Shown: positions 1 to 6,795 of the stretch, one piece after another
How the letters are laid out: each line of letters opens with the position of its first letter
How positions within the stretch are numbered: position 1 is the stretch's first letter
NCBI GenBank assembly: GCA_009837445.1
Contig: VXTM01000021.1
Coordinates: 118,767 to 182,766, forward strand
Source: Acidimicrobiaceae bacterium
GTDB lineage: Bacteria > Actinomycetota > Acidimicrobiia > Acidimicrobiales > Aldehydirespiratoraceae
Direction of reading: 5' to 3'
Length of the DNA stretch: 64,000 bases
Translations under genes and position numbers: made by a program
The notes under the pieces: generated by a model
What the model was told of the DNA's origin: nothing
The model's database searches: none
What the model saw: only the letters and a program-made list of their open reading frames with translations

Positions 1-2
1 TT

Positions 3-743
3 CCTAACATCCGCTTCGGCGTGCGCGCCCGCCTTGCCGAGGCGCGGCGCCGCTTCGAGCAGCGCGACCGCTGGCACCTCCACTTCTCCCGCCCTCGGCG
101 CCCGGGGCCGCGCCGGAGGGGCCATCGGGAGTTCGCCACCACCTTGCCACCGCGAATGCGACGAATCCAGCAGCGCCAGACACTCGTCCGGATCTCTCCC
201 GGACGGGGAAGGCCCCGCTATGCCGGTCTCCGGAGCGTGCTCGCGGCCGGGCCGAGGGCCATGCTCTCCCACGCGGCCGACGAGATGGGACGGATCGCGG
301 TTGGCAACGCGCTGGGCAAGGGCCTCCGAGGGCGGTTCCGGGCATCGATGGTGCCCCGGGTGGTGTTCACCGATCCCGAGGTGGCGTCGGTGGGAGCAAT
401 CCCGTGGCATGCGCCACCGGGAAGCCGGGTGGCCTACCTGCCGCTGTCAGAGGTGGACCGGGCGATCACCGACGGCCACACCGACGGCTTCATCGCCATC
501 GTGGCCGGGCCCCGCCGCCTGCTGCGCAACGCGGGCGGGGGCCGCATCCTGGGAGCCACCATCGTCGCGCCGAGAGCAGGCGAGATGATCCAGGAGGTCG
601 TGCTGGCCATGCGCACCGGCGCGTTCGCCGGCCGCCTGGCCCAGGCCTCGCACGCCTACCCGACGTGGTCGAGCGGCGTCCAGAAGGCCGCGGCCCAGTT
701 CTTCGGAGAGATCGACGGCCGCCAGGCCCGCCGGGTCGGCTGA
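3..743 (+). CDS. FAD-dependent pyridine nucleotide-disulfide oxidoreductase, C-terminal (dimerisation domain) part; 5' end runs off the window
   Basis: Track ORF 21..743. From about nt 270 onward the sequence (AMLSHAADEMGRIAVGNAL, VVFTDPEVASVG, GFIAIV, ILGATIVAPRAGEMIQEVVLAMRTG, HAYPTWSS) looks like the interface domain of Lpd/MerA-class flavoproteins. The upstream same-frame codons are Arg-rich and the expected AAGD motif reads AAGP, so the N-terminal part may be degenerate. Confidence 0.55.
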   Translation, partial: PNIRFGVRARLAEARRRFEQRDRWHLHFSRPRRPGPRRRGHREFATTLPPRMRRIQQRQTLVRISPGRGRPRYAGLRSVLAAGPRAMLSHAADEMGRIAVGNALGKGLRGRFRASMVPRVVFTDPEVASVGAIPWHAPPGSRVAYLPLSEVDRAITDGHTDGFIAIVAGPRRLLRNAGGGRILGATIVAPRAGEMIQEVVLAMRTGAFAGRLAQASHAYPTWSSGVQKAAAQFFGEIDGRQARRVG

Positions 744-775
744 AGGCTGCCGGACCGGGAGCGACCAGCGCCCGG

Positions 776-1525
776 CTAGCTGGTGAGGCCTCCGTCGACG
801 CTGAGGATGGCGCCGTGGATGCCGGGGCAGTCGTCGGAGGCCACGAAGGCGAACAGCGCGGCGATGTGCTCGGGCCCGCTCATCGGCTTGAAGGCCATCA
901 TGCGGCGGATGAAGTGCCGGTCGGCGTCGGGGACGATCTCGTAGTTCTGGGTCATGGGGGTGTCGACGCCGCCGGGGGCGATGGCGTTGACCCGCACCGG
1001 GGTCTTGGCCAGTTCCGCGGCCAGGGCCCTGGTCAGCTGCACCACCGCGCCCTTGGTGGCGCAGTAGTGGGACGTGTACGCCAGTCCTTGGAGCCCGGCA
1101 TTGGACGCGATGTTGACGATGTTGCCGCCTGAGGTCAGCAGATGGGGGAGTGCGGACTGGGTCAGGAAGAACATGCCCTTCACATTCACGTCGAACATGA
1201 GGTCCCACTTCTCCTCGGTGATGTCCTCCACCCGGTCCTGCCACGAGACGCCGGCGATGTTGCCGAGCACGTCGATGCGCCCGAAGGCGTCCACACAGGC
1301 GGTCGCGGCCGCCATGCAGTCGGCGACCGACCGCAGGTCGCAGTGCTGGGTGGTGATCCGGCCTCCCGACTCGGCGACCTGCGAAGCGGTCTCGGCCAGG
1401 CCGTCGTCGTTGACGTCCACACCGAACACGTCGGCCCCCTCGGAGGCCAGGCGGATCGACACCGCCTGCCCCATGCCGGAGGCCGCTCCCGTGATGAGCG
1501 CAACCTTGCCGTCGAACCGCCCCAT
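776..1525 (-). CDS. SDR-family short-chain dehydrogenase/reductase
   Basis: 249-aa ORF with Rossmann motif ITGAASGMGQA, NIASNAG and catalytic YCATK (YxxxK). Confidence 0.85.
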   Translation of the reverse strand: MGRFDGKVALITGAASGMGQAVSIRLASEGADVFGVDVNDDGLAETASQVAESGGRITTQHCDLRSVADCMAAATACVDAFGRIDVLGNIAGVSWQDRVEDITEEKWDLMFDVNVKGMFFLTQSALPHLLTSGGNIVNIASNAGLQGLAYTSHYCATKGAVVQLTRALAAELAKTPVRVNAIAPGGVDTPMTQNYEIVPDADRHFIRRMMAFKPMSGPEHIAALFAFVASDDCPGIHGAILSVDGGLTS

Positions 1526-1567
1526 TTCGTCCCGCCTCCCGTTGTCGGCGCCCGTCAGCGGCGGAGG

Positions 1568-2341
1568 CTACCGGCCCTTCGCGGCGCCGGTGCGGCGGAA
1601 GGTGACGCTCATCCGGGGCGGGGCGGAGGCAACCTTCGGTATCGAGTGCTCCCAGTCCTGCTGGCAGGAGCCGCCCATGACCAGCAGGTCGCCCGACGCC
1701 AGAGTGAACGAGCGGCTCCGGCCCCCGCCCACTGGCCTAAGTGTCCGCTCTTGTTCGCTGCGCTCACGGGCCGCTCGGGCCACGGCCTCGCCCGTATGGG
1801 CCGCATCCGCATGCCGACCCGCTCGGCCTCTGAGCAGGAACCGGCGGGGGCCTCCCAGCGACACGATCGCCACCACGGCGTTGGCGGGGTCGATCCCGAT
1901 CCGGTCACTGTGCCAGGCCACCGAGTCCCGGCCTCCGCGGTAGTAGTTGACCCAGACCGAGTTGAACCGGCAGCGGTAGCGGTCGCCCAGAGCCGAGGCC
2001 ATCTCGTCGATGACGGTGGGAACACCGACCGACCGGAGCCGCAGGTGGGCTCCCAGACGCGGTTCCTCCACCATCTGCCCGTACATCGGGCGCTCGGCCC
2101 GGGTCCACCGCAGCTCCGCAGCGAGATGCTCGAGAAGCTCGTCGCCGCCCTGCAGCCACCGGGTCGCCACCTCGATCCAGCTCCTGCCGTCCAGCTCCAG
2201 GTGCTCCACCGCCGCCGAGGCGTTCACGGCCGGCTGCCCCTGGGCGAACAGGTCACCCTGGAACGGCCCCACATCGGCCTGAGTGCCTGACCTGGTGCCC
2301 CATCTGGCGCCCGATCCTTTGCCCGATCCGGCAGTCGTCAC
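1568..2341 (-). CDS. alkB: AlkB-like Fe(II)/2-oxoglutarate-dependent dioxygenase (alkylation repair) carrying an in-frame repeat insertion of about 30 aa
   Basis: Motifs NYYRGGRDSVAWHSDRIG (HxD), DLLVMGGSCQQDWEHSIPK (distal His) and MSVTFRR. The start is uncertain: GTG at 2341 or GTG at 2272 (VGPFQGDLF). The loop between FLLR and SFTLASGDLLVM is about 30 aa longer than I recall for AlkB-family proteins and is encoded by repeat copy 1. Confidence 0.75.
   Translation of the reverse strand: MTTAGSGKGSGARWGTRSGTQADVGPFQGDLFAQGQPAVNASAAVEHLELDGRSWIEVATRWLQGGDELLEHLAAELRWTRAERPMYGQMVEEPRLGAHLRLRSVGVPTVIDEMASALGDRYRCRFNSVWVNYYRGGRDSVAWHSDRIGIDPANAVVAIVSLGGPRRFLLRGRAGRHADAAHTGEAVARAARERSEQERTLRPVGGGRSRSFTLASGDLLVMGGSCQQDWEHSIPKVASAPPRMSVTFRRTGAAKGR
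1743..1831 (-). repeat. Dispersed ~90-96 bp repeat, copy 1 (inside the alkB CDS, in frame)
   Basis: Reverse complement reads AGAGGCCGAGCGGGTCGGCATGCGGATGCGGCCCATACGGGCGAGGCCGTGGCCCGAGCGGCCCGTGAGCGCAGCGAACAAGAGCGGAC. It aligns end to end with copies 4, 5 and 6. Confidence 0.85.
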
Positions 2342-2354
2342 GAGGCCAATGTAG

Positions 2355-2368
2355 CGAACATATGTTCG
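2355..2368. promoter_or_regulatory. LexA-type SOS box (perfect palindrome CGAACATATGTTCG) in the alkB / MBOAT divergent intergenic region
   Basis: A 14-nt perfect palindrome with a GAAC-N4-GTTC core, as in the Gram-positive/actinobacterial LexA operator consensus. It lies 14 nt upstream of the GTG at 2341. Confidence 0.55.
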
Positions 2369-2425
2369 TCATCAAAGCCGGGGTCAGGTGGTCGCCTGGC
2401 AGACCGGAACTAGCGTTCCCCGGCG

Positions 2426-3964
2426 GTGCTGTTCCCCACGTTCACCTTTGCGGCGTTCTTCGCCGTGGTCCTGCCGGTGAGCTGGGCTCTGAAACGGTTC
2501 CCGACGCCGTGGAAGCTGTTCGTCCTGGGCGCCTCGTACTGGTTCTACGCGGCCTGGGACCGGCGTTTCGTGCTGCTGCTGGTGGCCATGACCCTGGTGA
2601 ACGCGGCCGCGGCCCGGATGAACCGGCGATTCGCCCACCCCGGCGCCCGCCGGGCCGCGTTGGCGGTGGCGGTGGTCTTCGACCTCGGGGTGCTGGCCTT
2701 CTTCAAGTACTACGGCTTCTTCACCCAGAGCCTGGAGAGCAGCTTCGGGATCTCCAGCCCGGCTCTGAGCATCGTGCTGCCCATCGGCATCTCCTTCTTC
2801 ACGTTCCAGGCCATCAGCTACGCGGTGGACGTCCACCGGGGTGACACCGATCCCGCGCCGCTGCTCGACTTCGCCGTCTACCTGTCGTTCTTCCCCCAGC
2901 TGGTGGCCGGGCCGATAGTCCGGGCCAGGGAGTTCCTCCCGCAGATGCGGTTCCCGCGCCGGTCCCGCCACCGGGGCAACGGATCCGGCCGGCGTGAGCT
3001 CGAGGAGCCGGTGCAGTTGGAGCTGTGGTCGGATCGGGGCCTCGACCGGATCGAGCTGGGCCGGGCGGCCCAGCTGATCGGCAGGGGGATGTTCAAGAAG
3101 GTGGTGGTGGCCGACTTCCTGGCCGGGGCCATAGTGGACGAGGCGTTCGCCTCCCCGGGCAGCTACGGCGCCGTCGACGTGCTCTTCGGGGTGTACGGCT
3201 ACGCGGTCCAGATCTACGCGGACTTCTCGGGCTACACCGACATGGCCATCGGAGTGGCCCTGCTGATGGGATTCCGTTTCCCGCAGAACTTCGACCGGCC
3301 CTACGCGGCGGTGTCGATCCAGGACTTCTGGCGGCGCTGGCATATGACGCTGTCGCGCTGGCTGCGCGACTACCTGTACATCCCCCTGGGCGGAAACCGG
3401 CGGGGCCGGGTGCGCACCTACGTGAACCTGCTCGTCACGATGGGGCTGGGCGGCCTGTGGCATGGGGCGGCCGGCGTGTTCGTCGTCTGGGGCCTCTACC
3501 ACGGCGTCGGGCTGGCAGCCGAGCGGCTGGCCGGCCAATTGCGGCCGGCCCGAGCCTTGGCCGGGAGAGCACCCGACGCCGGCCCGGCCGCGTCGCGGGC
3601 CTCGAGCGCACCTGGTGCCGGATCGGCGCTGGGGGAGTGGCTGCGGGTGCTGGCCGTGTTTCACTTCGTGTGCGCGGGCTGGGTGCTGTTCAACAGCGAG
3701 ACGCTGGCCCACGCCGGTGACGTCTTCGAGCGCCTGCTGTCGGGGTGGGGGACCGGCACCGAGCTGCTCACACCGACGGTGCTGGCCGTGATCGTGGGAT
3801 CCGTCCTGGCCCAGTACGTGCCGCTCGACTTCGCCGAACGTTGGTCGAAGCGGACGGCGGCGGCCCCCTCCGCGGTGACCGCGGCCGCGTTCGCGGTGTG
3901 GACAATGATCGTGGTGGCGCTCGGCCCCGAGGGCGTCGCCGACTACATCTACTTCCAGTTCTGA
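2426..3964 (+). CDS. MBOAT-family membrane-bound O-acyltransferase (AlgI/DltB/PatA-like)
   Basis: 512-aa polytopic ORF with GTG start. Motifs include ISFFTFQAISYAVDV, FPQLVAGPIVRA, FWRRWHMTLSRWLRDYLYIPLGGNRRG (conserved His) and LWHGA. Confidence 0.85.
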   Translation: MLFPTFTFAAFFAVVLPVSWALKRFPTPWKLFVLGASYWFYAAWDRRFVLLLVAMTLVNAAAARMNRRFAHPGARRAALAVAVVFDLGVLAFFKYYGFFTQSLESSFGISSPALSIVLPIGISFFTFQAISYAVDVHRGDTDPAPLLDFAVYLSFFPQLVAGPIVRAREFLPQMRFPRRSRHRGNGSGRRELEEPVQLELWSDRGLDRIELGRAAQLIGRGMFKKVVVADFLAGAIVDEAFASPGSYGAVDVLFGVYGYAVQIYADFSGYTDMAIGVALLMGFRFPQNFDRPYAAVSIQDFWRRWHMTLSRWLRDYLYIPLGGNRRGRVRTYVNLLVTMGLGGLWHGAAGVFVVWGLYHGVGLAAERLAGQLRPARALAGRAPDAGPAASRASSAPGAGSALGEWLRVLAVFHFVCAGWVLFNSETLAHAGDVFERLLSGWGTGTELLTPTVLAVIVGSVLAQYVPLDFAERWSKRTAAAPSAVTAAAFAVWTMIVVALGPEGVADYIYFQF

Positions 3965-5205
3965 TGCGCAGGCTCCTGGTGAGGCGGACCCGGCGGTGGC
4001 TGAGCTTCGTGGTCGAGGCTGTGGGCCGCAGGCTGCGAGGGCTGTGCCGGGCGGTGGGCCAGGTCCGACCGCCGCTCCCGGACACCGGTGACCACGAGAC
4101 ACCGACGAAGTCCGTGCGGGCCTCGGTCCTGTCGGCGACCCTGTGCCTGGGGGTGGCCGCCCTGCTCGTCAGCGGCAAGATCGTGGAGATCGCCGACCGG
4201 CTGCCTCTGGGCCCGGATCGGGACCGCTGGCTGGAGGCAGCCACCGAGACCGACGACCTGGCCAACAGCGTGTCACTGAACCGTCCCTACGACCTGCTGC
4301 GCGACCTGCGGGGTGTCGGGGACGAGGCCGGCCAGCAGATTGATGTGATCGGCGACGTGGAGGACCTCCTGCAACCCGAGGCACCCACCGAGCCCGACCA
4401 GGCGATCGACGACGCCGGGGCGCCCAGCTCGTCGGGCGAGTCCCCGGTGGCCCCGACCACCACCGCGGCCACCCCAAGCCCGACCACCACGACGGTGCCC
4501 GAGGACCCGCCGGCCTACGTTCGCCCCGTGCCGGTGACGTCCGAGACTCCCCTGAGGGTCTGGGTGGCGGGCGACAGCCAGGCCCTCTACCTCGGGCAGG
4601 GCTTGAGGCGCGACAGCCCCCTCACGGACGTGATGGAGATAACCCTCGACCAGCGGCACTCCACCGGCCTGTCCCGTCCGAGCTACTTCAACTGGCCGGT
4701 TCACCTCTTCGCGATCGCAGGGACCTACAACCCCGAGCTGGTGGTGGCCACCCTGGGCAGCAACGACTGGCAGTCCATGACAGCGCCGGGCGGCGACCTC
4801 CTCGACCGGGGGACCGACGAATGGAACGCCGAGTGGTCCCGGCGCCTCGGCGTCCTCTTCGACGTCCTGAAGCCTCGTCACCGGCACGTGATCTGGGTCG
4901 GCCTGCCCCCGACCCGCCGCGACGACTTCCGGGAGGGCTACGCGCTCATGAACCAGCTGGCGGCGGCCGAGGTGGCGAAACGAGACTTCGTCTCCATGAT
5001 CGACATCTGGGACATGTTCGGCGGCGACGAGCCCTACCGCGACGCGGTCCCATCGCCCGACGACCCCGAGGGCAGGCCGGTGCTCGTTCGCCAGCAGGAC
5101 GGGGTGCACCTCAACCGGACAGGCTCGAGCTGGGTGGTGGGCGTGATCAGCGGCGAGATCCAGCAGATCATCGACAGGATCAGCCCCCAGAGGCCGAGCG
5201 GGTAG
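3964..5205 (+). CDS. SGNH/GDSL-type hydrolase (DUF459-like), membrane-anchored partner of the MBOAT
   Basis: The ATG at 3964 overlaps the MBOAT stop (TGATG). It has an N-terminal TM segment (LSATLCLGVAALLVSG) and a Pro/Thr linker. SGNH blocks are VWVAGDSQ, TLGSNDWQ and QDGVHLN. The last 5 codons (QRPSG-stop) are encoded by the repeat-head motif. Confidence 0.7.
   Translation: MRRLLVRRTRRWLSFVVEAVGRRLRGLCRAVGQVRPPLPDTGDHETPTKSVRASVLSATLCLGVAALLVSGKIVEIADRLPLGPDRDRWLEAATETDDLANSVSLNRPYDLLRDLRGVGDEAGQQIDVIGDVEDLLQPEAPTEPDQAIDDAGAPSSSGESPVAPTTTAATPSPTTTTVPEDPPAYVRPVPVTSETPLRVWVAGDSQALYLGQGLRRDSPLTDVMEITLDQRHSTGLSRPSYFNWPVHLFAIAGTYNPELVVATLGSNDWQSMTAPGGDLLDRGTDEWNAEWSRRLGVLFDVLKPRHRHVIWVGLPPTRRDDFREGYALMNQLAAAEVAKRDFVSMIDIWDMFGGDEPYRDAVPSPDDPEGRPVLVRQQDGVHLNRTGSSWVVGVISGEIQQIIDRISPQRPSG
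5189..5205 (+). repeat. Solo copy of the repeat 5' head (AGAGGCCGAGCGGGTAG) forming the C-terminus and stop of the SGNH gene
   Basis: Reads cAGAGGCCGAGCGGGTAGgcg. Compare copy 5 aAGAGGCCGAGCGGATAGgcg and the 46854 site tAGAGGCCGAGCGGATAGggc. Confidence 0.55.
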
Positions 5206-5213
5206 GCGTCGGG

Positions 5214-5762
5214 CTAGTTGTCGGTCGGGTTGCGGGGGTACAGCCGCAGCCGGTTCAACTCCCCGTCCTGGCGGGCCATGACCTCCCACCACAGCTCCTC
5301 GGGAGCCTCCGCGAACGGGTCGGAACCGTCATGCTCGAGCACGAACCAGGCATTCTCCTCCAGCTCGCCCTCAAGCTGGCCAGGAGCCCATGCCGCATAG
5401 CCGGCGAAGATGCGCACCTGGTCCAGCCCGCCGATGTCGCCCGGGTTCTTCTCCAGATCGATGGTGCCGATCCGGCCCACGACCTGTGACCAGTGGTCGT
5501 CGGCATCGTCGAGGGCCACCGACGCCAGCGCGATCACCGACGACTGGCTGACCGGCCCCCCGACGAACACCACGCGGGGCTCGCTCACCGCGGCGTCCCA
5601 CTCATCGATGGCTCCCTTGACGGTCAACTCGCTCGGTCGGTTGAGCACCACGCCGAGAGCGCCCTCTGCTCCGTGCTCAAGCATCAGCAGCACCGTTAGC
5701 CGGAAGTTCGGATCAGCCAGGCTCGGGGCGGCCACCAGCAGCTTGCCGCGAGTCGATTCCAT
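5214..5762 (-). CDS. YqgE/AlgH-family protein (UPF0301)
   Basis: Starts at ATG 5762 (MESTRGKLLVAAPSLADPNFRLTVLLMLEH...VVLNRP...VFVGGPV...IFAGYAGWAPGQLE-like). The longer track ORF upstream is Arg/His-rich and implausible. Confidence 0.8.
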   Translation of the reverse strand: MESTRGKLLVAAPSLADPNFRLTVLLMLEHGAEGALGVVLNRPSELTVKGAIDEWDAAVSEPRVVFVGGPVSQSSVIALASVALDDADDHWSQVVGRIGTIDLEKNPGDIGGLDQVRIFAGYAAWAPGQLEGELEENAWFVLEHDGSDPFAEAPEELWWEVMARQDGELNRLRLYPRNPTDN

Positions 5763-5882
5763 GCGTCGGGTCTTCCAGGTAGGGGACTGGTGGGAGCGGC
5801 ACGGTGACGATCCGGCAACCCGATAGCGGTGGCGGTGCGGCGGGGTGGCGGTGTGGCACCATCTAGGGCCGTGGTGTCGACC

Positions 5883-6692
5883 ATGCCGCCGGTGCTGCTC
5901 ACGATAGCCGCTTCGGACCCGTTGGGGGGAGCAGGCGTGCAGGCCGACCTGGCCACGTTTTCGGCTCTCGGCGTGCATGGTGCCAGCGCGCTCACTGCGG
6001 TGACCGCGCAGTCCCTGACCGCGGTCACGGCCTCCGATCCGGTTCAGGCGAGCCTGGTGGCCGCCCAGATCGACGCCGCCGCCGACCACCTCGGGGTGGA
6101 CGGAGCCAAGACCGGGCTGCTGCGCCGCCGTGAGATCGTGGAGCTGGTCGCCGACAGGATCGAGCGGGGCGTTCTGCCCGCGGTGGTTGTCGATCCGGTG
6201 ATGGTCGACGGCCGGGGAACACGCTTCGTGTCCGACGACGTCGAGGACGCCTACCGCCGGCGGCTGTTCCCGCTGGCTCGGGCAATCACGCCGAACCGGG
6301 GCGAGGCGGAGCTGCTGGCGGGCACGTCGCTGCCGAGTGCCGAGGCGGTGCTGGACTACGCTCAGACCTTCCGGAGGCTCGGCGCAGACGCCGTCGTGGT
6401 GACCGGCGGCGCCTTCGAGGGCGATCCCGACGACGCGGTGATCACCGCGTCGGGCGACGCCTGGATCGTCCGGAACACCCGGATAGCGACCGACAACGTG
6501 AGGGGCAGCGGCTGCACGTTCTCAGCCGCGCTGGCGGCCAACCTGGCCCTCGGCCGGGATCTGCGGGCAGCGGTGAGCGCGGCCGGGCGGTTCGTGCGCG
6601 ACGCCATCGGAGCCTCGGCCGGCTGGATCCTCGACGGTCCGGGCCCGGTGTCGCACGCCCAGGCTGAACAGCCAGGCGGATCGGCCGCCTGA
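5883..6692 (+). CDS. thiD: Hydroxymethylpyrimidine/phosphomethylpyrimidine kinase
   Basis: Motifs VLLTIAASDPLGGAGVQADL, KTGLL, VVDPVMV, ITPNRGEAELL and RGSGCTFSAALAANLA. The start could be ATG 5883 or GTG 5829. Confidence 0.8.
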   Translation: MPPVLLTIAASDPLGGAGVQADLATFSALGVHGASALTAVTAQSLTAVTASDPVQASLVAAQIDAAADHLGVDGAKTGLLRRREIVELVADRIERGVLPAVVVDPVMVDGRGTRFVSDDVEDAYRRRLFPLARAITPNRGEAELLAGTSLPSAEAVLDYAQTFRRLGADAVVVTGGAFEGDPDDAVITASGDAWIVRNTRIATDNVRGSGCTFSAALAANLALGRDLRAAVSAAGRFVRDAIGASAGWILDGPGPVSHAQAEQPGGSAA

Positions 6693-6795
6693 CCCGATGA
6701 CCTCACCGTAGTGCCAGATTGGCCTTACTTTACATAATGTATATTTCCGGCGGTAGCGAGAAGGGCCTAAGCAAGCGAAGCCCCGGCGTGTAGCT

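Noticed and set aside
3-270. A possible frameshift or pseudogene in the 5' part of the first (partial) oxidoreductase gene.
   Set aside because: The Arg-rich translation and the AAGP sequence in place of AAGD are suspicious. Neither alternative frame gives a better flavoprotein-like translation, and the gene is cut by the window edge, so no pseudogene call is made.
5763-5882. A possible TPP (THI-box) riboswitch upstream of thiD.
   Set aside because: I could not find the conserved CUGAGA and ACCUGAUCUGGAUAAUGCCAGCG-type elements. The region looks like an ordinary divergent promoter spacer.
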